DNA of 64,000 nucleotides from Escherichia coli (GTDB lineage Bacteria; Pseudomonadota; Gammaproteobacteria; Enterobacterales; Enterobacteriaceae): NCBI RefSeq assembly GCF_003790525.1, contig NZ_CP033632.1; one strand, 5' to 3'. Shown piece by piece: positions 33,193 to 43,598 of this stretch (position 1 is its first letter; each line of letters starts with the position of its first letter). The notes under the pieces were generated by a model. It saw only the letters and a program-made list of their open reading frames with translations, ran no database searches and was not told where the DNA came from. The position numbers and the translations under genes were made by a program.

Positions 33193-33338
33193 AGTCAGCC
33201 TGCCAGAAATAGATGATGGTGATTCTACCGCTAGTCATTTGTTGATTATTTAACTCAATAAAAGAAAATTATTAGTGCAATTTTGATTGTGAAATGTATC
33301 ATTCTGCCCTTAAGTAGGTTCTTCACGAGGAAACAAAA

Positions 33339-33584
33339 TTGGCAGAACGTGTTGATGATGCAGAGCTGAGCATGAATCAGTTAGAAGCTCTCAAAGACAT
33401 GGCCATCGATAACATCAGAAAGCAGGCACAGGTCGTGAGTCAGGTATTTACAGGTAAGTGTCGTTACTGCAATGAACCGATTGAATCAGGCATCTATTGT
33501 GACGCTGAGTGTGCGCAATGGCACAGGGAAGAGCAGGCAGCAAAACAGCGTAAATATGGCATGCGACCGGCAGGATTTGACTGA
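33339..33584 (+). CDS. TraR/DksA-like C4 zinc-finger protein
   Basis: CRYCNEPIESGIYCDAEC motif; 81 aa. Confidence 0.5.
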   Translation: MAERVDDAELSMNQLEALKDMAIDNIRKQAQVVSQVFTGKCRYCNEPIESGIYCDAECAQWHREEQAAKQRKYGMRPAGFD

Positions 33585-33586
33585 TT

Positions 33587-34165
33587 ATGTTGCGCTTTAC
33601 TGAGGAAGAGTTTCAGGCTTTTAGTGAGCGTAGAAATAAGGGGCAGTCCAGGCCAAAAACCAAAAAGGATCCATTCTTATCGCTTGCGCCGGTAAAAGAA
33701 GTTTCTCCACATGCGAAGGCACTTGCAGCACTGGCAAAGACCCCAGACCTGCGCGACGGAAATTGCGAGCACTTCGAGCAGGTTTTCATTTTTGATTACT
33801 TCGAACGCAAGCACCCTGACATCTATGAGCTGTTGCATGCAACGCCTAACGGAGGGAAACGTTCAAAAGCAACCGCCGGGAAAATGAAGGCTGAAGGGCA
33901 GAAAAAAGGTTATCCGGACATGAGTCTCGATAAAGCATGCGGTATTTATCACGGCATGCGAATTGAGCTTAAAGAACCAAATGGTAAAGCCCCGACGAAA
34001 GAGCAGATCGCCTGGATGCGCAGGCTTAGAGAGGAAGGTTACTACGTCGTTCTTGCGTATGGTGCAGAACAAGCGATAACCGCCATCCTGGAATACATGA
34101 GCCTTAAAAAGGGTGAGGCTATTGAGCATGTATTGAACGGTGACAAGTGGTTGTTCGCTACGTGA
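33587..34165 (+). CDS. VRR-NUC domain nuclease
   Basis: KGYPDMSL...GMRIELKEPNGK...EGYYVVLAY matches VRR-NUC PD-(D/E)xK pattern. Confidence 0.6.
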   Translation: MLRFTEEEFQAFSERRNKGQSRPKTKKDPFLSLAPVKEVSPHAKALAALAKTPDLRDGNCEHFEQVFIFDYFERKHPDIYELLHATPNGGKRSKATAGKMKAEGQKKGYPDMSLDKACGIYHGMRIELKEPNGKAPTKEQIAWMRRLREEGYYVVLAYGAEQAITAILEYMSLKKGEAIEHVLNGDKWLFAT

Positions 34166-34328
34166 AATAATAAATTAATTAGTGCATATGTGTTCTTTGA
34201 TACAGCGCACATTAACATCGGGAGAATAATCGTGTCATCCAAGGCTAATTATGAATCGCTGGCATCGATCATGCCGCGTAATGAACAGGAAGCAGATGCT
34301 GTAGTGGACCCGGTAATCGCTGAAATGA

Positions 34329-34991
34329 ATGCTCGCCTGGAGGCTGAATTTGCAGCTGAGAATGAACATACCACCCAGGGCGACTAGGACTGTTTTTTGT
34401 GTCGGTAGCGGTCCGTCACTCACTCGTGAGGACTGTGCTGCTATAGAAAAAACTGGCTGTTCAATCATCGCGGTTAACAATTCCTGGCAGATGTTCGATG
34501 ACATTTATGCCTTATACGCCGGTGATTTGTCATGGTGGAAGCAATACGGATCCACCATACCGGGAGGGAAATTCCGCAAAGTGACAGCCAACCTGGCGGC
34601 GGCGAAATCATTTTCGTTGGAGTACAGGCGATATTGTGGACCGGCGGAAGGGGTAAATAGCGGCGCGCAGGCTATCAGTCTGGCTGCTGAATCAGGGGCT
34701 GAAGTAGTTGTATTAGTCGGCTATGACTGTTCTCTGCAAAACGGCCTTCATTGGCATGGCGCGCACCCTCAAGCCCTACGGAATCCAACGCAGGTGTCTA
34801 TTTCAAAATGGCAACAGCAGTTCCTGGATACCCGCAAAAAACACGCAGATTTACATATTTTGAATGCAAGTAGGAGCAGTGCAATTCAATGTTTCCCAAG
34901 AATAAATTTAGAGGCAGTGATCGCGTTATTATCGTCGGCAGTGGCCCAAGCGCCGCAAACTTTGTTGCGCCGCGCGGAGTGCCGATTATAG
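34329..34991 (+). CDS. GSGPS-motif Rossmann-like protein (DUF115/MptE-like or GT42-like), paralog A
   Basis: VFCVGSGPSL...IIAVNNSW...LVGYD; probable true start ATG 34362. Confidence 0.45.
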   Translation: MLAWRLNLQLRMNIPPRATRTVFCVGSGPSLTREDCAAIEKTGCSIIAVNNSWQMFDDIYALYAGDLSWWKQYGSTIPGGKFRKVTANLAAAKSFSLEYRRYCGPAEGVNSGAQAISLAAESGAEVVVLVGYDCSLQNGLHWHGAHPQALRNPTQVSISKWQQQFLDTRKKHADLHILNASRSSAIQCFPRINLEAVIALLSSAVAQAPQTLLRRAECRL

Positions 34992-35515
34992 CGGTCAATG
35001 GGGCCATCGACTGGCTGAACCGCGCTTCTTATTTTTTCACACTTGATCCATCGGCAGACAATATGCGGCGCGTTGGTCGTGGCCGCCGTCGCCGTGGTGT
35101 TTGTTATTGCATGGCACTACCCGATGTTAAAGAACGTGAAGTCAGAGACGGCGTTCTGTGCTTCCGTCGTGTGGCTGAACGTGGCATGGAGCCAAAAAAT
35201 ATGAATTCTCCCGAGTGGTGGGCGTGGCGCTGGTCCGCACATTTCGGACTTTGCGAAGATGAGAATGAAATTGCCAGCGGCAATAGTGCATATGGCGCTC
35301 TGAACCTGGCTTTCCATATCGGATTCAAACATGTCGCCCTGGTGGGCGTTGACGCTACACAAGAACCACGCGTTCACTCCGGCGGCACGCCAAAAAATCT
35401 AAGTCACCTGCCTTTGTTATTCCAGTCTGCGCGTGAACAGATTGACGTTGTTTCATGCGGGAAAATGGGAGGTATTCCGCAGATGACTCTTAAAGAATGG
35501 CTGAAGAATACATGA
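34889..35515 (+). CDS. GSGPS-motif Rossmann-like protein, paralog B
   Basis: [10 protein letters not shown]...[10 protein letters not shown]...LVGVD; overlaps paralog A by about 100 nt. Confidence 0.45.
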   Translation: MFPKNKFRGSDRVIIVGSGPSAANFVAPRGVPIIAVNGAIDWLNRASYFFTLDPSADNMRRVGRGRRRRGVCYCMALPDVKEREVRDGVLCFRRVAERGMEPKNMNSPEWWAWRWSAHFGLCEDENEIASGNSAYGALNLAFHIGFKHVALVGVDATQEPRVHSGGTPKNLSHLPLLFQSAREQIDVVSCGKMGGIPQMTLKEWLKNT

Positions 35516-36189
35516 TGGCACCCACAATTTATCACCGTATCGACGGTACCAAATACAGGAATGTCTGGGTTGTTGGTGATCTGCATGGTTGCTACACCAG
35601 ACTGATGTCCGAACTCCATCGTGTGGATTTTGACCCGGCGCAGGATTTACTGATATCGGTCGGCGACCTTATTGATCGCGGTACTGAAAATGTCGAATGT
35701 CTGGAACTATTGCAGATGCCCTGGTTCAGGGCAGTGATGGGGAACCATGAGCGGCTGATGATTGATGCGTTAAGTCCAGATGGCAACGTGAATAACTGGC
35801 TAATGAATGGCGGACAATGGTTCTTCATGCTGGACACTGATCAGGAAATATTAGCCTGGGCGCTGGTGGAGCTGGTAAAGCGTCTGCCCTATATCATTGA
35901 GTTGAACACCGGGCAAGAAACTATCGTTATAGCCCATGCCGACTATCCGGATAATGAATACCAATTCGGTAAGGAGGTGCCGCTTTTCAACGTTGTCTGG
36001 GCGCGCGAGCGTATCAGTGATTCGATGGATGATATTGGTGGCGAAATTTCGGGCGCAGATCGTTTTATCTTTGGTCACACTCCGGTGAAAAGCCCGAAGA
36101 CATTCTGGAATCAGCAGTATATCGACACTGGTGCCGTATTTTGCGGAAACCTGACATTGATGAAAGTGAAAGGTGATGGTGCAGCATGA
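35497..36189 (+). CDS. ppp: Ser/Thr protein phosphatase (lambda-PPase/calcineurin-like; P1 Ppp-like)
   Basis: GDLHG, GDLIDRG, GNHE metallophosphatase motifs. Confidence 0.8.
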   Translation: MAEEYMMAPTIYHRIDGTKYRNVWVVGDLHGCYTRLMSELHRVDFDPAQDLLISVGDLIDRGTENVECLELLQMPWFRAVMGNHERLMIDALSPDGNVNNWLMNGGQWFFMLDTDQEILAWALVELVKRLPYIIELNTGQETIVIAHADYPDNEYQFGKEVPLFNVVWARERISDSMDDIGGEISGADRFIFGHTPVKSPKTFWNQQYIDTGAVFCGNLTLMKVKGDGAA

Positions 36190-36887
36190 AGATTGCTTTA
36201 GTTTTTCGCTCTGGTGGTGACTATAACGCTTCCGATGTGCAGTGGCTGGTTAATCAACTGCCAAAAGGCTATGAAATTATTTGCCTGACAGACCTGAAGC
36301 GTTTACATGTACCTGGCGTCAAAGTTGTCCCATTGATCAACCAGTGGCAAAAGTGCCGTGGCTGGTGGGCGAAAATCGAGTTGTTCCGACCGGATATAAC
36401 AGATGATCTGTTCTATCTGGATTTGGACACAGTTATTGCCGGTGATATACGCCCAATCCTTGAGAATCCACCAACCAGCTTCACCATGCTTAGGGATTTT
36501 TACCATCCACAATATCGTGGTAGCGGTGCCCTGTGGATACCAAATAGTGTAAAAGCGCATATCTGGAGTTCATTCTGGCAAGATCCGGAAGGTTGGATTT
36601 CTCGTTGTGTCACTACTGAGTGCTGGGGTGATCAGGGGTTCTTACGGAAGGTTATGGGCGATGATACACCAGCATTTCAGGATCTGTATCCAGGATGGTT
36701 TGTAAGTTACAAGGCCGATGTTGTGGAACCTGGTTCAAAATATGCGAGCGCGCGTTACTCCAGGGGGAATGGGGCATTACCAAAGGACTGCCGAATAATC
36801 TTTTTCCACGGCAAACCGCGACCTCGCGAAGTGTCAGAGGATTGGCTTCCCCTTATTAGCTCGTTTTTTGAGCGAGAATCAGAATAA
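36186..36887 (+). CDS. Hypothetical protein (pmg-like)
   Basis: 233-aa ORF, start overlaps ppp stop. Confidence 0.45.
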   Translation: MKIALVFRSGGDYNASDVQWLVNQLPKGYEIICLTDLKRLHVPGVKVVPLINQWQKCRGWWAKIELFRPDITDDLFYLDLDTVIAGDIRPILENPPTSFTMLRDFYHPQYRGSGALWIPNSVKAHIWSSFWQDPEGWISRCVTTECWGDQGFLRKVMGDDTPAFQDLYPGWFVSYKADVVEPGSKYASARYSRGNGALPKDCRIIFFHGKPRPREVSEDWLPLISSFFERESE

Positions 36888-36914
36888 TATTGCTCTAATA
36901 ATTCCATATTTTTA

Positions 36915-36944
36915 AAACGTGATGTACACTCATCACGTTTTTTA
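36915..36944 (+). terminator. Rho-independent terminator inside a larger palindrome
   Basis: ACGTGATG-TACACT-CATCACGT followed by TTTTTT; flanked by inverted ATTGCTCTAATAA copies. Confidence 0.5.
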
Positions 36945-37188
36945 TTAGAGCAATCTACAAGGTGCACTATGTGGCCATTCCGACGGAAATATCACTACTG
37001 GCTGATCGCCTTTGTTACGCCGACCGGCGGTATCAGGCATGTCATCACCAGGTATCGCAACAAGAGACTCACCTTAGCCAGAATTTTACAGGCTGCCATA
37101 GGTGAGGGACTGGATACAAATTGCGTAGTCCTTCCTCCTTCATACTTAGGAAAAATGACCGAAGCACAAGCTAATACGGAACTTTGAA

Positions 37189-38451
37189 ATGAGCACTTCA
37201 GCACAAAACCAATCAATCGAAAATGTATCTATCCCTGATGTCCTGAATGCCGGTATCCCGGCCATTATCCAGAACATCCGGGCCGCGCAACGCCGCGTTA
37301 GTTGTGATGACCTCACAGCACGTTTTTTTGATAATGCGGTTCAGTCAGCGGAGATGCTTCACGCACAGCTTATTGATGTTTATAACGCAGAAGCTGATAG
37401 CCATAACTCCCTGGTAGATGCAGCTGAAAATATGCAGTTGGATCTTGGTCTGAAGGGTAAAGAAATTGAAGAGCTTCAGCTGCAAATTGAACATTTGAAA
37501 CGCCAGCAACAGGACGCGATCGACGATGCGACGCATGACGCCAACCAGCGTGCTGATAATGCCGAACGTATAAGCATTGAGCTGGAAACAAAACTCAATG
37601 AAATGACCGCGATGGTTGAACTGCGGAACTCACAGATTTCAACGCTAAAATCTCAATATAAAGAGATCATGAAACTTGATCCTTTTAACCTTGAGAAACG
37701 CTATAACAAAGCTAAAAGCGAGCGACAGGAACTGCGTAAGCAGGTCGCCGACCTTAACCAACAGCTCAAAAAAACTATTAAAGATGCAAGCGAAGCGCGC
37801 GTGGCATTTGCTAATAAAAAAGCAGAGGTTACCGCGCTGGTTAATGAGAATGCCAAATTTGCGACGCTCAAGAAGGAAATGTATGGCATTACTGAGCGCC
37901 GTTTCCCTGCAAGCAAACTTCATCCGACGTTAGGGCAAATCTCCTTCTTCCCGCGCCTCCTGGCTTATGGGATCTCATCGCCTAAAGAGTTCAATAACGA
38001 GCGTCCTTATATCGTTTCTAAGCTGGACTTTGCTTATCAGTTCTGCTGCGACATGGGCTATGCCATTGATATCCGGATCAACGAATGGTTGATGCCAAAC
38101 TTCCAGCCGTTGGCCATTTTCCGCGAGTTCCAGCCGGAAGGTTGGGTAGAGTTCTTCCATGAATTGATCTGTAAAGAGATGGAAAGCCGCCGCCCGGAAC
38201 TGGTCCGTCGAGTTGAGTGGGCGCAAGAGGTTATGTTGGCAGAGGCAGAGCTGCCGTTCGAACCGGAATTTATTGATGATCTGGCAGCTAAAGGGCTGCA
38301 TACCCTGTTTGATGTGGTTACCCGCCGTCATGAGCAGTTGGTTGTCGAATTGGGTTTAGAGGAAACAGCGGCAAGAAGACTTCTCGATGTTTGCTATGCA
38401 CGTAGCGATGCATGGGAAAAAGAGAACGGCGGCACTATTTACGTTCGCTGA
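37189..38451 (+). CDS. Coiled-coil protein (pmg-like)
   Basis: 420 aa with long heptad-rich central region. Confidence 0.45.
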   Translation: MSTSAQNQSIENVSIPDVLNAGIPAIIQNIRAAQRRVSCDDLTARFFDNAVQSAEMLHAQLIDVYNAEADSHNSLVDAAENMQLDLGLKGKEIEELQLQIEHLKRQQQDAIDDATHDANQRADNAERISIELETKLNEMTAMVELRNSQISTLKSQYKEIMKLDPFNLEKRYNKAKSERQELRKQVADLNQQLKKTIKDASEARVAFANKKAEVTALVNENAKFATLKKEMYGITERRFPASKLHPTLGQISFFPRLLAYGISSPKEFNNERPYIVSKLDFAYQFCCDMGYAIDIRINEWLMPNFQPLAIFREFQPEGWVEFFHELICKEMESRRPELVRRVEWAQEVMLAEAELPFEPEFIDDLAAKGLHTLFDVVTRRHEQLVVELGLEETAARRLLDVCYARSDAWEKENGGTIYVR

Positions 38452-38523
38452 CAGTTACAGTGTCACTTTTAATGCTGGTGGAGTGCGCCCACCAGCATTT
38501 TTTTCGTCCAATGAGGAGGGCAT

Positions 38524-39030
38524 TTGAGTATTTTCAATAAACACGCACACCAGGAACGTCCGTATATCGTCATAGTTGATATTGATGGAACAATATCAGA
38601 GGCAACTGAAGACAGACTGCATTTGCTTCCGCCACCAGGTAAAGGTGCATTAACAAAGGACTGGAACGAGTTTAATCTCGCCTGTGACACTGATACTCCC
38701 ATAACTCCAGTTATTGATATTGTGCGCCAGTTATTTAACGTTTACACGGTCTGGTTTGTAACCGGGCGCTGTGAGATCGCAAGGGATAAAACACGAGCCT
38801 GGCTGCGGAAGTACGTAACAAACGGGGCTGAGCCTTTGCTATCTATGCGTCCTGCCACCGATGACAGAAATGACGGCCCAGCAAAGATTGATCTCCTTAA
38901 GAAAATTGGTCTAAGTAAAATCGCGTTCGCGCTGGAAGATAAGATTGAAGTGGCGCGTGTTTTCAGGAGGCACGGCGTGCTTACGTTAATGGTCAGGGAG
39001 TATGAAAACGCGCTTCTCCACCAACAATAA
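38524..39030 (+). CDS. HAD-superfamily phosphatase (Pnk-phosphatase-like; possibly P1 Pap-like)
   Basis: VIVDIDGTI (DxDGT) motif; 168 aa. Confidence 0.55.
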   Translation: MSIFNKHAHQERPYIVIVDIDGTISEATEDRLHLLPPPGKGALTKDWNEFNLACDTDTPITPVIDIVRQLFNVYTVWFVTGRCEIARDKTRAWLRKYVTNGAEPLLSMRPATDDRNDGPAKIDLLKKIGLSKIAFALEDKIEVARVFRRHGVLTLMVREYENALLHQQ

Positions 39031-39048
39031 TTGCTCTAATAAATATTG
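39031..39048 (+). promoter_or_regulatory. P1 late-promoter-like element (TTGCTCTAATAAATATTG)
   Basis: Same motif as at 23029; upstream of ASCH-like gene. Confidence 0.4.
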
Positions 39049-39224
39049 ATTTTTAAAACAGAGAAAGTGAAAATAAAAACATGCCGCAAGGCGCGGCATG
39101 TATCCAATCAATCACAGGAGCTGAAAATATGAACACGGCATTCAAAATCATTATGGCCGCGATCTATTTCTGGCTGTTCTCTATCACTTTTGGCGGAATC
39201 GTCGCACATGGGTAAGGGGGATGC

Positions 39225-39806
39225 ATGAAAGGCGAAGTGAAAGAGCGCGGCATGATTTTTAACGATGAGATGGTCCTGGCAATTCTTGGCGGGAATAAAA
39301 CACAGACTCGCAGGATTGTTGAAGAAAAATTCTATGGACGGGCAGTGGCCGCAGAGTTGCTTGCCAAGCATTGTCCATATGGTCAACCGGGCGATCGTAT
39401 TTGGGTTCGCGAAACCTACCGGGTACATGGCAAAGCGACGGACGTCGCAACGCTGGTTTATCGCGCAAGCGTGCGTAACTCCTGGACAGAACAAACGCAC
39501 CGGGTTCCGGTCGAGGTTTGTAATAAACCAGTATCAGAAAAGTGGACGCCATCAATTCACATGCCGCGCTGGGCATCGCGCATTCTTCTGGAAATTACCA
39601 ACGTGCGCGTTGAGTGGTTGAACGATATCAGCGAATGTGATGCAAGGGCTGAGGGCGCACCAACAGAATCGACCCTCATTGGCGATAAGCATTACCCAGG
39701 TTTCCGTAGCCTATGGAAATCAATTTATGGCGAAGATAGTTGGAACGCTAATCCTTGGGTGTGGGTAATAGAGTTTGAGCGTATTCAGGGGGCAACCAGT
39801 GAGTGA
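39225..39806 (+). CDS. ASCH/PUA-like domain protein
   Basis: N-terminal IFNDEMVLAILGGNKTQTRR pattern typical of ASCH-like proteins. Confidence 0.45.
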   Translation: MKGEVKERGMIFNDEMVLAILGGNKTQTRRIVEEKFYGRAVAAELLAKHCPYGQPGDRIWVRETYRVHGKATDVATLVYRASVRNSWTEQTHRVPVEVCNKPVSEKWTPSIHMPRWASRILLEITNVRVEWLNDISECDARAEGAPTESTLIGDKHYPGFRSLWKSIYGEDSWNANPWVWVIEFERIQGATSE

Positions 39807-40059
39807 GTCAAAATGCCAAATTAATGGCAACAAGATAGAGCCGTGCGCGGCGTTGGCACAATCCCTGGAGCATGACGCTGAATACACGACGCGAAAAGGT
39901 CTGCTGAAATACAAAATCTATAACCATGAATTAATTCATTCACAAGACCTGATCATGCTGCGGTCTGGTGAATTTTCTAAATCGCCTATTCGAGTTTCAT
40001 TTTGCCCGTTCTGTGGTGAAAGTCTGAAAACGTGGGAAGCGGAGGCAACCAGTGAATAA
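39775..40059 (+). CDS. Small protein with C-terminal zinc-ribbon-like motif
   Basis: 94 aa; FCPFCGESL. Confidence 0.35.
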   Translation: MSVFRGQPVSESKCQINGNKIEPCAALAQSLEHDAEYTTRKGLLKYKIYNHELIHSQDLIMLRSGEFSKSPIRVSFCPFCGESLKTWEAEATSE

Positions 40060-40696
40060 CCGCTTTTACATGATGTGCTTGCGTGAAACTGTGGGTAATA
40101 ACGCCTCATTCCATTGCCATAACGGCAATGGTTACAGTTCTGATATCGATCGCGCTCATGTTTACACGCTGGAAGAAGCCCAAAAAGCCTGGAATTGTGG
40201 GCGAGATATCGATCAGCCTGTTTGCGCTGATAGCGTGGATGCAATGGCTGTGTGGCACGTTGATTGCCAGTACATCCCCACAGAAAGCCTGATTGAGTCA
40301 GATTGCACTGCGTATGTGGCCTACAAAAAAGGTAGCTGGAACGGCAACGATGTTTACTGGCTTCAACACGGTGGATTGCCAACAGATGACTTCAGTAAAG
40401 CGACCATCTTTAGCGTCGCCAACAAAAACGAACCAGGAATAGTTTGGTTGCCATTTTCCATTGCTGATGCAGCAAAGCGCCGGACGTTCAATATCAATAA
40501 CTTTAACCGCAGAACAATGGTTCAGGGCGCAGGGTTGGTCATGCCTGACTGGTTGAAAGAGCAGAACAGAAGAAAGAAGTCGCGAAGCGGGAAGGTGCGT
40601 TGGAATTGTCCGCATTGCGGAAAAATAACCTGGCAGTACAGCCCATATGATTTTGAAGGCTGTAGTGATTACAACTGTGAAGGATGGCGAGAATGA
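40052..40696 (+). CDS. Cysteine-rich hypothetical protein
   Basis: 214 aa; CPHCGK and CxxC pairs. Confidence 0.4.
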   Translation: MNNRFYMMCLRETVGNNASFHCHNGNGYSSDIDRAHVYTLEEAQKAWNCGRDIDQPVCADSVDAMAVWHVDCQYIPTESLIESDCTAYVAYKKGSWNGNDVYWLQHGGLPTDDFSKATIFSVANKNEPGIVWLPFSIADAAKRRTFNINNFNRRTMVQGAGLVMPDWLKEQNRRKKSRSGKVRWNCPHCGKITWQYSPYDFEGCSDYNCEGWRE

Positions 40697-41095
40697 CAAT
40701 TGACTATCAGGTACTGCGTGAGGCGGCAGAAAAGGCAACACCAGACGAATGGGTCGCATTTATTTCGACGGATACTGGTACTTATGCGGTGCACACGCCC
40801 GGTGATGAACGATGTGAAGACGTTATCAAATGGACCGGCTTTGATGGACAGAAAAATGCAGAGAACAACGCTCGTTATGTTGCCGCGTTCAACCCAAAGG
40901 TTGCACTGGAGCTGCTTGGTGAAATTAAGCGCCTGGAGGACACAAATATTGATGCTATGTGTCGAATTGCAGAGCTTGAGACTAATCTCGCGGCGCTGGC
41001 AGCGGAGAATGCGGCGCTGAAGGCCGGGGCTATGTATTTCTCATATGGCTCTGAATTTAGTTTCGAGTGTCACAAAACTGCTGAGGAGGCTATCG
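40684..41095 (+). pseudogene. Ead/Ea22-like prophage protein, 3'-truncated by IS26
   Basis: AAFNPKVALELLGEIKRLE motif; reading frame runs into IS26 IR at 41096. Confidence 0.5.
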
Positions 41096-41915
41096 GGCAC
41101 TGTTGCAAAGTTAGCGATGAGGCAGCCTTTTGTCTTATTCAAAGGCCTTACATTTCAAAAACTCTGCTTACCAGGCGCATTTCGCCCAGGGGATCACCAT
41201 AATAAAATGCTGAGGCCTGGCCTTTGCGTAGTGCACGCATCACCTCAATACCTTTGATGGTGGCGTAAGCCGTCTTCATGGATTTAAATCCCAGCGTGGC
41301 GCCGATTATCCGTTTCAGTTTGCCATGATCGCATTCAATCACGTTGTTCCGGTACTTAATCTGTCGGTGTTCAACGTCAGACGGGCACCGGCCTTCGCGT
41401 TTGAGCAGAGCAAGCGCGCGACCATAGGCGGGCGCTTTATCCGTGTTGATGAATCGCGGGATCTGCCACTTCTTCACGTTGTTGAGGATTTTACCCAGAA
41501 ACCGGTATGCAGCTTTGCTGTTACGACGGGAGGAGAGATAAAAATCGACAGTGCGGCCCCGGCTGTCGACGGCCCGGTACAGATACGCCCAGCGGCCATT
41601 GACCTTCACGTAGGTTTCATCCATGTGCCACGGGCAAAGATCGGAAGGGTTACGCCAGTACCAGCGCAGCCGTTTTTCCATTTCAGGCGCATAACGCTGA
41701 ACCCAGCGGTAAATCGTGGAGTGATCGACATTCACTCCGCGTTCAGCCAGCATCTCCTGCAGCTCACGGTAACTGATGCCGTATTTGCAGTACCAGCGTA
41801 CGGCCCACAGAATGATGTCACGCTGAAAATGCCGGCCTTTGAATGGGTTCATGTGCAGCTCCATCAGCAAAAGGGGATGATAAGTTTATCACCACCGACT
41901 ATTTGCAACAGTGCC
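41096..41915 (-). mobile_element. IS26 copy 1 (820 bp)
   Basis: 14-bp IRs GGCACTGTTGCAAA / TTTGCAACAGTGCC; Tnp26 with G184. Confidence 0.95.
41148..41870 (-). CDS. tnp26: IS26 transposase Tnp26
   Basis: ...MNPFKGRHFQRDIILWAVRWYCKYGISYREL... Confidence 0.95.
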   Translation of the reverse strand: MLMELHMNPFKGRHFQRDIILWAVRWYCKYGISYRELQEMLAERGVNVDHSTIYRWVQRYAPEMEKRLRWYWRNPSDLCPWHMDETYVKVNGRWAYLYRAVDSRGRTVDFYLSSRRNSKAAYRFLGKILNNVKKWQIPRFINTDKAPAYGRALALLKREGRCPSDVEHRQIKYRNNVIECDHGKLKRIIGATLGFKSMKTAYATIKGIEVMRALRKGQASAFYYGDPLGEMRLVSRVFEM

Positions 41916-43037
41916 CGTCGGCTTGAGATGCACATGTTGGCTGAGGTCGCCGGGTAGCGTGAACAGGCGCGGACCGTCCCGAAACTGGAACACGCGATAC
42001 AGATGGAATTGATCGCCCGCCTCCTTGGAGAATTCGAGTTCGTTGTGGCTGACCAAGAAAGACGAGCCTACCCCGCCATTGGTGGTTTTCACCTCGATGA
42101 AGCGCTCATGGGCGTCCTCTTCGAACGACAGGATGTCGAACCCCGCACCGTCTCCCTGGGTGTCGGACACCCAATCCAGCCGCTGAAAAAGCTCTGGGTG
42201 GCCGAGCTCGGTCAGGCGTTGCTGTTCGTAGCCAATCACCCACTGCTCCCCTGCCCGGCCCAGCTTGCGGTTGGCTTCATCGCGAGCGGCATAATCGAAC
42301 TTTCGCGGTAGGCGTTGCCGTAGAGATGCCGGGGTACGCACAAGCACTTCACGGGCGGGTGGTTCTACCAAAGCCGCTCGGTAGGTTTTGTCACCCGGAA
42401 GTTTTACCTCCTCCAGGGCATCGACAAGAGCGCCGACCGTCTGCTGATGTTCCAGAACGTAGGCGTGTACGGATTTACGCAGCAGCAGTTGGCTGTTGCC
42501 GCGTGGCTTGTAGCCGTTGATATAGGGCAGGCCCAGGGCATCGAGTACGGCGCTAATGTTCTGGTGCTTGAGCTCGACTGAAGACTTGCTGCGACCGTTC
42601 AGCAGTTGGCGCAGTGCCTGGTTGTGCTCGGACTTGTTGTACGGCTCCCCAGCCGCCTCGGCACGCAGCATGTCGAAATAGTCTTCGACCGTGGCCAGGA
42701 CCTCTTCTTCGGACCAGTCTTCGCCGATGCGAATGATGCGAAACCCGAGCCGCGTCAGCGCCGGAACGACGGTCGCCTCGCCACCGGAGAAGCTGTCAGC
42801 AGTGAGCGGGCCCTGCTCGGGAAATTGCTTGCCGAAGGCCACACCGGCGATGGCCTTGGAATCGCAATCGGTGCCGGTCTTCGGATCACGTACCAGGAAG
42901 TCGCGGGACTTGCCGTAGCCGTGGCGCGCCAGGAATTTCGTGCGGCCCAGTTGCACGAACTCATCGATGGCAGCCTGCACGGCGGCGGGGCTTCGAAGCT
43001 GGGAGAGTTGAGACACAGGGTCCTTCCTTACTGTCAT
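41889..43037 (-). CDS. Hypothetical protein with DUF3883-like C-terminal domain, C-terminus altered by IS26
   Basis: Probable start MTVRKD at 43037; C-terminal ...GFDILSFEE...ERFIEVKTTNG...LVSHNELEF...YRVF pattern; last 9 codons are IS26-encoded. Confidence 0.45.
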   Translation of the reverse strand: MTVRKDPVSQLSQLRSPAAVQAAIDEFVQLGRTKFLARHGYGKSRDFLVRDPKTGTDCDSKAIAGVAFGKQFPEQGPLTADSFSGGEATVVPALTRLGFRIIRIGEDWSEEEVLATVEDYFDMLRAEAAGEPYNKSEHNQALRQLLNGRSKSSVELKHQNISAVLDALGLPYINGYKPRGNSQLLLRKSVHAYVLEHQQTVGALVDALEEVKLPGDKTYRAALVEPPAREVLVRTPASLRQRLPRKFDYAARDEANRKLGRAGEQWVIGYEQQRLTELGHPELFQRLDWVSDTQGDGAGFDILSFEEDAHERFIEVKTTNGGVGSSFLVSHNELEFSKEAGDQFHLYRVFQFRDGPRLFTLPGDLSQHVHLKPTGTVANSRW

Positions 43038-43598
43038 GGTGTGCCGGGAACCGCCGAGCCACGAGATTATGAGTAGCCCCTGAACAGAAACGTCACGATA
43101 AAAGCCGTGAACGCCACCAGGCCCATTAAATCCCTTGCGTATTTGCAGCCCGTGCTGTCCAAACCTGTACCAGGTCCGATCAACACGCTCCAACCATTGA
43201 GGTACGAAAACACCGCCTGACCGAACAAAAAATGCGTGATAGCCGCCGCAGCCATGACGCCGGAATCGTCAGACAGGCTGTAGCTGTTGACCATTGCCCT
43301 GTACGCCTGCATCTGAAATGGCTATTGCCCTGATGGGAGCCGGCTTTTCAGCCACCGACACCAGCGATGCCGTCAATATTCTTTACCCGATAACCATGAC
43401 CGTACAAGCTAACAAGGCCTGGCAAGCCAGCGGACTTAAAAAGTCTTTTTTTCTACCATCCCACAAAAAAGTTCGTGGTGGAGAAAAGATAAGCTATGCA
43501 AGGCTTTAGGAGACGTGGTTTTTCAGGATGACGAAGAACGATTCGGCGCTAGGTGCAACATAGGTGCATCGCACGAGCGCTAGGAACGGCGAAAAAAG

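Noticed and set aside
36969-37216. Overlapping 72/73-aa ORFs on both strands between the pmg-like genes
   Set aside because: Lie in the promoter/terminator palindrome region; likely non-coding.
41325-41957. ~210-aa ORF antisense within IS26 (repeated in every copy) and similar antisense ORFs inside IS1294 and IS6100
   Set aside because: Reverse-strand artefacts of the transposase genes.
43067-43312. 81-aa ORF upstream of the DUF3883-like gene
   Set aside because: Overlaps the probable junk N-terminal extension of the neighbouring ORF; no RBS or domain support.
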